From IMG/VR virus record IMGVR_UViG_3300037504_000682, positions 1 to 64,000 of that record: 64,000 nucleotides of DNA; one strand, written 5' to 3'. This document shows, one piece after another, positions 28,701 to 38,038 of the stretch (the first letter of the stretch is position 1; every line of letters begins with the position of its first letter). The DNA is from a virus. A program made the translations under genes and the position numbers. A model generated the notes under the pieces. The model searched no databases. It saw nothing but the letters and a program-made list of their open reading frames with translations, and was not told the DNA's origin.

Positions 28701-29000
28701 TCATTCTTTCCTCCCCGGCAGAAATTTTCTCACTCCCGCCGCCAGGCCAGGCCGCCGCGCCGGCGGCTCGATGTAGTAATAATTCTGCCGGCCAATGGCC
28801 TTCCGATAGGCGATTTTACAGCCGGTGTAGGTGATCAAAAGCAGAGCCAGGCCCCCTGCCACAGACCAGATGATCCCGATGATCTGCTGAGCAATCACCA
28901 GGGCCGCCGTGGCCAGCACCAGGGCGGCAGCCCCAAATAGTACATAGCTCCAGGTCCGCAGCCATTCCACTGGTCCGTCCCAGTCATCTCTGTTGGTCAT
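28701..29000 (-). CDS. Two-TM membrane protein
   Basis: Two hydrophobic helices and a basic tail. Confidence 0.65.
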   Translation of the reverse strand: MTNRDDWDGPVEWLRTWSYVLFGAAALVLATAALVIAQQIIGIIWSVAGGLALLLITYTGCKIAYRKAIGRQNYYYIEPPARRPGLAAGVRKFLPGRKE

Positions 29001-29028
29001 TTTTGGCCTCGATTCTCTCTGATTTAAG

Positions 29029-29161
29029 TGCGACACCCCCACGACAAAGCCACGACACCGGCCCGACCACCTACGACGGCGCTACGACAGCCTCCCCCGG
29101 CCGCCCCCGCCCCGGCGTAGCCCTGTCGTGGCTATGTCGTAGCATTGTCGTGGCCCCGTCG
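29029..29161. repeat. Two opposed arrays of ~11-bp-phased YACGACA repeats
   Basis: CGAC at 29031/42/53/64/74/85; GTCG at 29125/36/47/58. Confidence 0.85.
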
Positions 29162-30406
29162 GGCCTCATCAGCCCGCTTTAGCAGCTCCTTGATCTCCTG
29201 GAGCTGCCGGCCGTTAGGCTTGTCGGTGTCATAAAACTCCCGGGCGATGGCCGTCACCGATTCCCCGGCGGCGTGCATCGCCTGGGCCTGGAGTACCCGG
29301 GCGTCCGGCAGCTCCAGGACCACCTTCCCAGCCGGCTGGGCGTAGCCCGGGAACGGCCCCGGCAGGGCATACTCGACCGGCCGGGCCTTGCTGCCATCCG
29401 GATTGACCTTGCTGTTGGGATGGATGAAGGCCCGGTGAGGCTCGCCCTGGCCGCCGATCAGCTCGACCAGGATGGCGCTCTTCCGGATAGCCGCGCTGAT
29501 CCCCAGGGTGTCGACATTCGGCGAGTGGGTGATCACCGTCAAATGGATGTTGACCTTCCGGCTCTCCGTCAGAAGCGTCTCGAAATACTCGCCGGCCCGT
29601 TCCACCTTCCGCTGGATGGAGGTCCACTCCTCGATAAAGACGCTCACCCGGGCGTGCTGGCCGTAGCCCATCAGCCCTTCAGCCACGTCGGTATAGCGGC
29701 TGGTCATCATCCAGACCAGCGACTGGAGAGCGTTGGCGATGGCCTCATAATCCCGGCCGGCCCCGATCACGTCGATCCCCAGCACCTTACTGGGGGAATG
29801 AGGGTCAATCATCACGATCTGGCTATGATCCGCCCGGCTGGCGATAAGATGCTTGACCAGGGTCGACTTGCCGGCATCCGAGCCGCCGGTGATGATCAGG
29901 CGCTGAGCCGGGGTCAGCTTGGGCAGGATGGGCGCAAGCGACGGCCCCTCCTCCGGCGGGGCCAGCTGGGCCACCTGCTGGGCCTGCCGCGCCGCCCGGC
30001 CGTGGGCGACGTTGAACAGCTCATAGCGCCCCACCTCGTCCCGGTCGAAGGCCGAGGGGTGACCGTTGATCCGGCCAGGGATCAGATGCAGAGGGATGGT
30101 GATAGTGGTGCCATTGGCCTGAGTGAGATAGACCTGCTGGCCAGGGTCGGCCACGGTCACCAGGACACCCGCCTCCAGCCGGGCCTTATCGGCCCGGGCC
30201 CGGGCCTCGTCGCTCTCGTAGCGCTTTCGGTTGACCAGGTGCCGGGCCATCAGGGCCAGGCCGACCACAAACACCAGGCCGGCCAGGGCCATCGAGCCGG
30301 CCACGACCAGCAGGATCAGGCCGACCTCGTACCGGTAGACGCCGGCCAGGTAGATGGTCAGGGCCGTGCCGCCGATTGCGATCAGGACCTTCCAGATAGT
30401 ATTCAT
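29132..30406 (-). CDS. Membrane-anchored FtsK/HerA (TraB-like) ATPase with C-terminal HTH-like segment
   Basis: 2 N-terminal TMs; GGSDAGKS; IDPH; VFIEEW; SRKVNIHLTVITH. Confidence 0.8.
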   Translation of the reverse strand: MNTIWKVLIAIGGTALTIYLAGVYRYEVGLILLVVAGSMALAGLVFVVGLALMARHLVNRKRYESDEARARADKARLEAGVLVTVADPGQQVYLTQANGTTITIPLHLIPGRINGHPSAFDRDEVGRYELFNVAHGRAARQAQQVAQLAPPEEGPSLAPILPKLTPAQRLIITGGSDAGKSTLVKHLIASRADHSQIVMIDPHSPSKVLGIDVIGAGRDYEAIANALQSLVWMMTSRYTDVAEGLMGYGQHARVSVFIEEWTSIQRKVERAGEYFETLLTESRKVNIHLTVITHSPNVDTLGISAAIRKSAILVELIGGQGEPHRAFIHPNSKVNPDGSKARPVEYALPGPFPGYAQPAGKVVLELPDARVLQAQAMHAAGESVTAIAREFYDTDKPNGRQLQEIKELLKRADEARRGHDNATT

Positions 30407-30678
30407 ACTCCCATCACCCCCCATCTTATGGAGTTCACTCCAACGGCCAGCACCTTGCCGGCCGTGTCCAGCCGCCTGGACCACCTGTCCATCCATCTGG
30501 CCAACCTGAACCGGACACGGTTGACGTTTACCTGAACATTCCAGATGAACATCAGGATGGCCGTCAGGCTGAACAGGTCCAACACGGCCACCTGGACGCC
30601 ATCCTGTTCATCTCGCCTGGTCACGGTCAGGGTCAGATGGACGGCCACCTGGCTGGATCGTACAATCGCCCGGCTCAT
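30403..30678 (-). CDS. Small hydrophobic protein
   Basis: Stop overlaps the ATPase start; hydrophobic stretch. Confidence 0.45.
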   Translation of the reverse strand: MSRAIVRSSQVAVHLTLTVTRRDEQDGVQVAVLDLFSLTAILMFIWNVQVNVNRVRFRLARWMDRWSRRLDTAGKVLAVGVNSIRWGVMGV

Positions 30679-30682
30679 ATGG

Positions 30683-31423
30683 TCACCCCCTGACCTTCCC
30701 ATTGAGTGCCCGTAGGTCACGCCGGATGGTCGCCCGGCTCACGTCCAGGGCATCGGCCATCTCGGTCTGGTTCATTCCCTGTTCATGTAGCACCATAACC
30801 TGTTCACGTCTCTGTTCAATGGCCAGGTCTCTGGCCTCGTTGGCCTGGTCTAGTCCGGTCATTTGGGTGGCCATTTGGTGATGTTCACCCACTTTGGCCT
30901 CTTTGACCTGGTCACTGACCCGGGCCAGGGCCTCACGGCGCTGACCGATCTGGTCATTCAGGTGGTCAATCTCTGTCCGGGCCTGGTCCACCCGGGCGGT
31001 CATCTCGGCCAGGGTGGTCACCAGCCCTGACCGTTCGATCCGAACCTTGACCAGTTCCCTGAGCACCTCGGAGGCCACGAGCAGGGTCACCGGCGGCAGG
31101 GCGGCCACGAACCAGGCCACCGAATTGGGCGGGGCGTGCAGCACGTTGCCGGTGATGGTGATCACCCCGTAGGCCAGGATCAGGCCGATGAGCCATCGCC
31201 GCCGGACGCCGATCAACTGGAAGGCGAGCAGGACGGCCGTGAACACGACCAGGGCCACGTCCACAATGACCGGCCATATCCAGGCCAGATGAGCCGGCTT
31301 GCCATTGGTTATAGCCAGATCGTTCAAGGCCTCGAAGCTGAGCACAAATGAGCCCAGGGCGATCAGTGCAACGGCCACCACCACGGCCAAAGAAACGGAA
31401 TCGATCAGCTTGTTGTTCATCAT
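30683..31423 (-). CDS. DUF2637-like (Spd-type) 4-TM plus coiled-coil plus HTH protein
   Basis: LSFEALNDLA, AWIWPVIVD, GNVLHA, AALPPVTLL; MADALDVSRATIRRD. Confidence 0.8.
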   Translation of the reverse strand: MMNNKLIDSVSLAVVVAVALIALGSFVLSFEALNDLAITNGKPAHLAWIWPVIVDVALVVFTAVLLAFQLIGVRRRWLIGLILAYGVITITGNVLHAPPNSVAWFVAALPPVTLLVASEVLRELVKVRIERSGLVTTLAEMTARVDQARTEIDHLNDQIGQRREALARVSDQVKEAKVGEHHQMATQMTGLDQANEARDLAIEQRREQVMVLHEQGMNQTEMADALDVSRATIRRDLRALNGKVRG

Positions 31424-31584
31424 CTGCTCGCTTTCTCCAAACGCACGTTTAAAAATAAAAAGCGCCCTCTACTTTGCGCAGGGGACGCTCAACCAATACA
31501 ATAAGCACAGGTCTCCCACCGCCCCTGTCGGTCGGGAGGCTCAGGCCGGGGTTGCTGGTGTTGGCGCACCAGTCCCGGCCGCTT

Positions 31585-31911
31585 TTATTTCTCACATTTT
31601 AACACAGCTCCCCGCCGGCTGCAATCGGCAATCTGGCGGCGATACTCATCCGGCCCCTGACCGTTGAGCGTTCGCCGGGCGATCACCTCGGCCTGGTCGA
31701 GGTCGACCTTGTGCCAGATGGCTACGGCCAGCAGGCAGCGCGGCTCGACCGACCGGCGGCGGATGTCCCGGGGAGGCGCGTTCATTTCGTCGCAGGTCGA
31801 GGCCGGCAGCGGGCAGCTCAGGCACACGTCGGTGCCGGGGGTCCGGTAGTACAGGTTGGGCCCCGGGCCGGCCTTATCCTCATCCTGAAACAGCTTGATC
31901 GACTTCCCCAC
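31585..31911 (-). CDS. Hypothetical Cys-containing protein
   Basis: CLSCPLP motif. Confidence 0.45.
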   Translation of the reverse strand: MGKSIKLFQDEDKAGPGPNLYYRTPGTDVCLSCPLPASTCDEMNAPPRDIRRRSVEPRCLLAVAIWHKVDLDQAEVIARRTLNGQGPDEYRRQIADCSRRGAVLKCEK

Positions 31912-31918
31912 GCCGCTA

Positions 31919-32740
31919 CTACTCCCGTGTCTCCCCGGCTGGATACTCCTCCCGCCAGGGCGACCACTCCAAATTGCCCTTGAAAAATACCGGCACCTCC
32001 CACCCGTCCAGCACGGCCAGCAGCCGCTCGACGTGCCCCGGCTCCGGCTGGTAGTAGGTCCGGCCGCTGCTGGCCGCCCCGATCACCGCCCACCGCAGGG
32101 CATCGGGGTACTGCTCGACGATCCCCGACACGTCCCAGCTCAGCGGCTCAAAGCTCATCCAGGTGACGAGGTCATCCGGCAGCTCGCTCAAAACGGCCAG
32201 CGCCTTGTGCAGCAGTCGCTCCTGGTGGTGGCGACCCAGCCGGCCGCCGTGCATCCAATCCGGCGGGGAGCTGGCCCCCGGCCAGAAATTGGCCGGAAAA
32301 TCAAACCGCTCCATCCGGATCGGGTTTTTGGTCAGGCTCAGGAACGTATGCCAGCTGGCCTCCCGGCAGACATCGAGAACCTGCTCGACCTGGCCGGCCG
32401 GCACCCAATGGCCGAAGAGGTCCGACATTGAGTCCAGGAAAATGCGCGATGGCTGGGTGACCTTAAGCGGCTCCTCCAGCCGTTCAGGGTGCCAGTAGTG
32501 GTGCTCGAAGCCTTCCGGGTAGGCGGCCCTGGCCACCCCTTCGGCCACGGCCTCGGCATAGCAGATGGCCACCGTGCCGTCGGGCATCTCCCACCGGCAG
32601 CGGTGTTTGCAGCCGCCGGGCACGTTCCAGGTGTAGCCCCGGCTCTCGTGGCCGTCCGGGTGGATGGTTTTGCACCACTCGATTCCGCCGGCGACCTTCT
32701 GGAGGCCGTCTACCATCACCAGTTTGCCTTGTTTGTTCAT
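31919..32740 (-). CDS. DUF5131 (phage Gp37/Gp68, radical-SAM-like)
   Basis: WN..GC...C...CYAE, RIFLDSMSDLF, LTKNP, SFEPL, VFFK. Confidence 0.88.
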   Translation of the reverse strand: MNKQGKLVMVDGLQKVAGGIEWCKTIHPDGHESRGYTWNVPGGCKHRCRWEMPDGTVAICYAEAVAEGVARAAYPEGFEHHYWHPERLEEPLKVTQPSRIFLDSMSDLFGHWVPAGQVEQVLDVCREASWHTFLSLTKNPIRMERFDFPANFWPGASSPPDWMHGGRLGRHHQERLLHKALAVLSELPDDLVTWMSFEPLSWDVSGIVEQYPDALRWAVIGAASSGRTYYQPEPGHVERLLAVLDGWEVPVFFKGNLEWSPWREEYPAGETRE

Positions 32741-33450
32741 ACCGTCGCCTCCTGAAATAATGGCAGCTGCAACCGCCAGCCAACCGCGTGCAGCCGCGCT
32801 CGATCTTTGAATAAATCAGGCGGGCTGGCCAGATACCGCCTGACGTTTCTGGCGCTCATTCTCATTAGCGTATGGCTGTGGAATCGATTCCTTACCTCCC
32901 GCCAGGTATTTCGCCTGGCGCTCCAGAAAGAGCCGTAGTCCTGGGCCTTCTGGAAGATAGCCGAGCAGTCGAGGCTAACGATCCTGGACCCGGCATATTT
33001 ACGCATCAGGATCACATATTGATCAGGATGACCGCCCAGCAGGTGCAGCTTCCGGCCGGCGACCTCTCCAGACTCCGGTAAAAATCCGGCGTAGCTGGTG
33101 GGCACCGAGATAGCCACGATCACTCCGGCCGGAACGTCGGCCGCCGCCCCAGGGAATTTGGGGCAGACCATCGGCCAGCTGCCGGCCCCCAGCACGTCCC
33201 AGACCTGGGCCAACATCTCCCTCTTTTGGGCCGGCGATTCGTAATCGGCCACCATGGCCAGGTCAGGCTGCCAGAAGCGGATCACGGCCAGGTGCTCACT
33301 CCAGTCGTAATCCCGCCATTTGATGTCCACGAAGTAGGGCCGCCCGTAGGCCGTGGCGTCGCTCCGAAAGCCGTACAGCCATCCCTCGGCCTGGAGCAGG
33401 CGAGGGGCGTCCGGGTCGCCACCCCGGCAGCCGATCAGCTTCACGCTCAT
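32737..33450 (-). CDS. TGT-fold-like protein (DUF6610-like)
   Basis: FVDIKW, SVPTSY, LHLLGGHP, SLDCS. Confidence 0.6.
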   Translation of the reverse strand: MSVKLIGCRGGDPDAPRLLQAEGWLYGFRSDATAYGRPYFVDIKWRDYDWSEHLAVIRFWQPDLAMVADYESPAQKREMLAQVWDVLGAGSWPMVCPKFPGAAADVPAGVIVAISVPTSYAGFLPESGEVAGRKLHLLGGHPDQYVILMRKYAGSRIVSLDCSAIFQKAQDYGSFWSARRNTWREVRNRFHSHTLMRMSARNVRRYLASPPDLFKDRARLHAVGWRLQLPLFQEATV

Positions 33451-34370
33451 ACCGCCGCCACCTCCATCTGCCGCCGGTGGGCCCGCATCAGCATATTCTG
33501 GTTGTGAGCCGCCCGCCCCATATTATTCTCATTCGATCCATACGTCCGCGTATCCACCCCCTGCCGGCGCAGCACCTCGCAGGCCCGGCAGTCGCAGCGA
33601 GGCGCGGTGATCGGTTCAAGCAGCCGGTCCGGCCGGCCCCGTTCGGTCCGGGCCGCCTTATGCCGGACCAGCTCCCCATCCTGCTCCATAAAATAGATCC
33701 CGGCCGTGAAGGCTTGCTTGAAGTGACTGGAGCCGTCGAAGCTATTAATCCCCAACCGGCTCCACTGCCCCGCATAATCCGGCGAGGAGAGGCCCAGGAC
33801 GTGCAGATAGTGCCAGGGCAGCTCAGCCCGGATGGCCTCCACCGCCGCGATGTTATCCGCCTTGGCGCTGGCCCGGCCGGCCAGGCCACCCAGGGCGATG
33901 GCTTCATAACCCAGGTCGGCCAGCCAACGGGCGTTCTCTACCTTCTCGGCCAGGTCGACCCCGTGGGCCGTGACCACCGGCTCGAAGTCCGTCCCCGCCA
34001 CCAGCTCCAGGAACTCAGCAGCCGACCGGCGGTTGAATCGCCGGCGCTCCTCCAGGTTGCCGTAGCGACCGATTAACATATGGTCCGGAGCGATGAGGTA
34101 ATCGCCGGGCCGGGCCCGGGCCAGGTACTGCCGGAAGGCCCAGCCGGCCGTGACCCGTTCGCCGCGCAGCTGCGGCACCGCTTCGGCCCGGTAGCTCCAG
34201 GCCCCGCAGTCGAAGATCATTCGCTGGCGAGGCGGCAGGTCCTCCCGGGCGTAGGCCAGGGAGGTGAGCCAGCCGGCCGGTTGCTCGTCCAGGAACTCCC
34301 AGTAGGGCCGGGGCCGGCCGTCGATCTTGATATAGTCCCGGTTGCCGATCACGCCGAAGTAGCTACTCAT
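33447..34370 (-). CDS. tRNA-guanine transglycosylase/DpdA-like protein
   Basis: FDCGAWS, APDH, AHG, ALGGL, LHVLG, SFDGSS, CDCRAC...HN zinc site. Confidence 0.85.
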   Translation of the reverse strand: MSSYFGVIGNRDYIKIDGRPRPYWEFLDEQPAGWLTSLAYAREDLPPRQRMIFDCGAWSYRAEAVPQLRGERVTAGWAFRQYLARARPGDYLIAPDHMLIGRYGNLEERRRFNRRSAAEFLELVAGTDFEPVVTAHGVDLAEKVENARWLADLGYEAIALGGLAGRASAKADNIAAVEAIRAELPWHYLHVLGLSSPDYAGQWSRLGINSFDGSSHFKQAFTAGIYFMEQDGELVRHKAARTERGRPDRLLEPITAPRCDCRACEVLRRQGVDTRTYGSNENNMGRAAHNQNMLMRAHRRQMEVAAV

Positions 34371-34556
34371 CGGCCGGCTCCTGGGGAAGGGCTCGCTGTG
34401 CAGCCTCCAGCTCTTCGTCAAGGATGAAGACAGCCTCGTCCAGGCTGCGACCCGGGCCGGGGCCATACTTGCCGATATAAGTCTTGAGTTGCGCCCTGAT
34501 TTGGTGAAGGTCTCTAATCGCCTGGGGACTGTTCTGGAACCTGAATGGTCGGGCGC

Positions 34557-34823
34557 TCATTCTGACCACCCCTGCCGCTTATACTCCGCCACACTCTCCC
34601 GGGTCCGCTGCCAGACCTCATCCGTCTCCGGCAGATCGAACACGCACAGATCCGCCCGCTCGGCTCCGTTGAGCCGGCAGTACCGGGGCCGTGCATTCAG
34701 CTGCGGGCAGCTGCCGGCCCCCTCAATGTCGTCGGCCCGGGCATATTTGCAGTATATTCGCTCGTCGAGCCAGTCGACCGGCCTTACCTGATCCGTTCGC
34801 AACTGAATTACAAGTCCTTCCAT
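34557..34823 (-). CDS. Hypothetical protein
   Basis: SD AAGGAG. Confidence 0.5.
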   Translation of the reverse strand: MEGLVIQLRTDQVRPVDWLDERIYCKYARADDIEGAGSCPQLNARPRYCRLNGAERADLCVFDLPETDEVWQRTRESVAEYKRQGWSE

Positions 34824-34912
34824 AATGCGCTCCTTTTAGTATAATAGGGTCGGCCGGGAGATAGTGCGCTCGCCTGGCCGAGGCCCACCGGGTTACGGCC
34901 GGTGGGCCGGTT

Positions 34913-37432
34913 TTATTTTGCCGTCTTGCCATTCATCGCCGGCTGAGCCACCCCTGCTGATTTGGCTTCCGTAGTCGCCAGCCAATCAAACAGGGTCGGG
35001 GCCAGGGCCTGCTGCTCAATTGTCTCGCAGTACCTGACGCCATTCTCGAAGTAGGTGTCGCTCAACTCGATCCCATAGCCGCGCCGGCCGAGTTTGACAG
35101 CCAGATACGGCACAGTAAAGAGGCCGGCGAACGGGTCCAGGATCAGATCATCTTCATTGCTATAGAGCCGGATGGCCCGCTCCACGATGTCAAACGGCAG
35201 GGGACACAGGTGGTTTTCCTGCTGCTTGCGCCGCTGCTCGCTGTTGAGGCAGCGCATAAAAACGATGTCGTCCCAGACCCAATCGCTGGTGCTGACCGGT
35301 GGCTCGTAGAAAAAATGAGCCGGCAGGTTGCCCGCCGCCTCTTTGGTTTCCAGCCGGGCCACGTGGGCCTCGTAGTCATAGAGCTCGGCCGGCTGCAGCA
35401 TGCCGTTTCCATTTGACCGCCAAAAGCCATGAGCTGCGATTTGCCACCGGGCCCGGCTGTAGTCGGCCTTGTCTTTAGTCACCGGCTCATCGGCGTATTG
35501 ATCAGAATTGTCGGTCGGCGGCTTTCGGAAAAGAAGCAGGTACTCCGGCAGGCCGGAACCCATCTTGGTGGCATCCTTGGTCATCTCGGTCCATCCCAGC
35601 CGGTATGTTGACGCGTTCTCCCGGACCACGTCGGTAACGATGGTCCGCCGGCCTTCGTACATCCAGCCGTGCTCCCGGAAAGCCATCACGCACTCATCAG
35701 AGAATGGCGCAATTTCGGTGAAGCCGTGGGGCGTCTGGTGGCCGTAGAGAACCCGGTCTTTGACGTGAATGGCCGCCACCCGGCCGGGCTTTGTCACCCG
35801 CAGGAGCTGGGGGATGAGAAAATCCATCTGCTCCCAAAACTCGACATCGGTCGAGTTGTGACCAAAGTCCTCGTACTGGATGGTATATTCGTAGTGATTA
35901 CCAAACGGGATCGAGGTCATAATCATATCGACCGAATTGTCCTCCAGCCGAGGCATCTCCAAAACACAGTCGTTATTGACCGCCGTGAATCGTTTGCCTC
36001 CCGCCTCCCGCCGGTCGATGCCGATCTGGCGCTTCAGGTCGCTGGTTAAGGCCGCGTGGGAAAGTCCATATTTTCTCACGATCCGCTGCATCTTCTCTAC
36101 CTGCCGCTCGTACTGGCTCCACTTGCGTTGAAGGGCCTTAACCACCTGATCTTCGCTCTCGGCGTAGATGATATGGATGTTAACCTCTTTTCCCTGCTGG
36201 AAGCGGTATAGCCGGTGAACGGCCTGGATGAAATCCTGAAACTTGTAATCGACACCCAGAAAGACGGCGTCCGAGCAGTAGTGCTGGAAGTTACAGCCGG
36301 ATCCGGCGATCTCCGGCTTGGTGGCCAGGATCGGGAACTGACCCCGGCTAAAACCCAGGATGCGCTCCTCTCGGAGCTCCAGGGCCTGGGAGCCGTAGAC
36401 GCTGATCGCGTCCGGGACGGCCCGCTCGATGGCCCGCCGCTCATCCTCCAGGTGGTGCCATAGGAGCCAGTGGTGGCCGGGATTGGCCTCGATGATCTCG
36501 ACCATCTTGCCTACCCGGGCGGCCATCGTGGCCCGCTTTTCGGCAACCGCCTCCCGGACCCCACCGGCCGCATCCAGAAACAGCCGGTGCTGGCCCCGGT
36601 TGTCGGTTTGCTCCCAGGCCCGTTGGTGGTCAACCGGGAGGCGGTGCCAGTGAACCTGAAGTGGCGGCAACTCGTAGCCCTCGTCTGAGTAGCCCAGGTC
36701 GCTGGGCTTGTAGACAAAGAGCGCCCAGCTGGCCACCCACAGCCAGAACTTCTTTTCCTGGTTGGGGATCAGGGTCAAATTGCCGGCCTTGTTCACGTCC
36801 CGCTGGAAAAAGCGGGTCAGGGCCTGGCCGTTGTCCATAATGTCCAGGAAGTTGGCGTAGTAAATAAGCTCCCGGTATCGGTTGGGGTCGGGAGTGGCTG
36901 TGCAGACCCACCGGTACGGGACGCCGGCAAAAACTTCGTTGAAGATGTGGTAGGTTTTGCTGTCCAAGCTCCGGAGGACGCTGCCCTCATCCAGGCTGAC
37001 TCCGGCGATATCATGCAGCCGGGGGTCGATGTCGCCGTCTCTAACCCGCTCGTAGTTGGTGATCAGATACGGCGTGTCTGCCGCCTCGATCTCGGCGTCA
37101 GTCCGGACGTACTGGAACCGGACGCCCATAGCGGGCCCGTCCTCTTCGGAAAACTGATGCTTTACCCCAAGGGGGCAAACGATAAGGAACTTACCGCCGC
37201 GGCGGCGGGCCAGAACCTGGCGGCCCAGCTCGATCTGGATTCTGGTTTTGCCCAGGCCAAAGCTCATTGCCACCAGAGCTCTCCCCTGGCGAGCAGACCA
37301 GACCACGGCGTCTCGCTGGTGAGGCTTTAGCAAGGCGGGGTCGAGATCGTTCGGGTCGAGATGGAAGCCGGCCCGGACGGCGATGTCGGCTTTTTGTTGC
37401 AGGAATTTGAGATAGTTACCGTTGTTGTTCAT
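34913..37432 (-). CDS. SF2 helicase / N4-N6 DNA methyltransferase fusion
   Basis: GLGKT, LDEGS, TAT, RLYRFQQ; TSIPF, HLCPL, DPFAG. Confidence 0.9.
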   Translation of the reverse strand: MNNNGNYLKFLQQKADIAVRAGFHLDPNDLDPALLKPHQRDAVVWSARQGRALVAMSFGLGKTRIQIELGRQVLARRRGGKFLIVCPLGVKHQFSEEDGPAMGVRFQYVRTDAEIEAADTPYLITNYERVRDGDIDPRLHDIAGVSLDEGSVLRSLDSKTYHIFNEVFAGVPYRWVCTATPDPNRYRELIYYANFLDIMDNGQALTRFFQRDVNKAGNLTLIPNQEKKFWLWVASWALFVYKPSDLGYSDEGYELPPLQVHWHRLPVDHQRAWEQTDNRGQHRLFLDAAGGVREAVAEKRATMAARVGKMVEIIEANPGHHWLLWHHLEDERRAIERAVPDAISVYGSQALELREERILGFSRGQFPILATKPEIAGSGCNFQHYCSDAVFLGVDYKFQDFIQAVHRLYRFQQGKEVNIHIIYAESEDQVVKALQRKWSQYERQVEKMQRIVRKYGLSHAALTSDLKRQIGIDRREAGGKRFTAVNNDCVLEMPRLEDNSVDMIMTSIPFGNHYEYTIQYEDFGHNSTDVEFWEQMDFLIPQLLRVTKPGRVAAIHVKDRVLYGHQTPHGFTEIAPFSDECVMAFREHGWMYEGRRTIVTDVVRENASTYRLGWTEMTKDATKMGSGLPEYLLLFRKPPTDNSDQYADEPVTKDKADYSRARWQIAAHGFWRSNGNGMLQPAELYDYEAHVARLETKEAAGNLPAHFFYEPPVSTSDWVWDDIVFMRCLNSEQRRKQQENHLCPLPFDIVERAIRLYSNEDDLILDPFAGLFTVPYLAVKLGRRGYGIELSDTYFENGVRYCETIEQQALAPTLFDWLATTEAKSAGVAQPAMNGKTAK

Positions 37433-37634
37433 TCAGCGCTCCCCTGACAGCTCGTTCTATGTTCTCCACCCGCTCGCTCACCCTGGCCGCCAGGACCGGG
37501 TCGCAGTCGGCCAGCACCTCGGCACACTCGGCCAGGAGCTGCCCGTCAAGCCGGATCTGGGCCGCCAGGCCGGCGATGAACTGCTGGGCCTTGCGAGGGG
37601 ATAGACGTGTTGGGGTTTTTCCGTTTCGTTTCAC
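37416..37634 (-). CDS. Hypothetical protein
   Basis: SD GGAGG; coupled. Confidence 0.5.
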   Translation of the reverse strand: MKRNGKTPTRLSPRKAQQFIAGLAAQIRLDGQLLAECAEVLADCDPVLAARVSERVENIERAVRGALNEQQR

Positions 37635-37653
37635 TTCCGCCGCCTCCTGTGCT

Positions 37654-38028
37654 CTACTCTATCCGGACGGCCGTCTGCCGCCGGCTTGATTTGTCCGGCC
37701 GGGCCATCTCTCCCAGGTCCAACAATTGCCCCCAGACCAGGCCATAAGCCGCCGCCCGGGCCGGCCCCTGCTGCCGGTGGACCTCGGTCTTGAAGTTGCT
37801 GTAGTCCAGTCCCCGGATGATCTGGGCCAGGCCAATCCCGAGGTTCGTGGGGCTGACCGTGGCCCGGTAGCGGTAGTCGGTGCCGGCTCCGGCCACCGTC
37901 TCGCCTAATCCCGGAACGCGCGTTCGGAGATTGTCCAGGTCCTCGGCCACCCGGGCCCGGACCGTCAGTTTGGTGTCGCCCGGCTTCTGCACGATGCTGA
38001 AGAAGCCGAAGGGGGTAAAAATCCACAT
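37654..38028 (-). CDS. Conserved hypothetical protein
   Basis: MWIFTPFGFFSIV...VRAR...DYRYRA...YSNFK. Confidence 0.65.
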   Translation of the reverse strand: MWIFTPFGFFSIVQKPGDTKLTVRARVAEDLDNLRTRVPGLGETVAGAGTDYRYRATVSPTNLGIGLAQIIRGLDYSNFKTEVHRQQGPARAAAYGLVWGQLLDLGEMARPDKSSRRQTAVRIE

Positions 38029-38038
38029 AGGTATGCTC

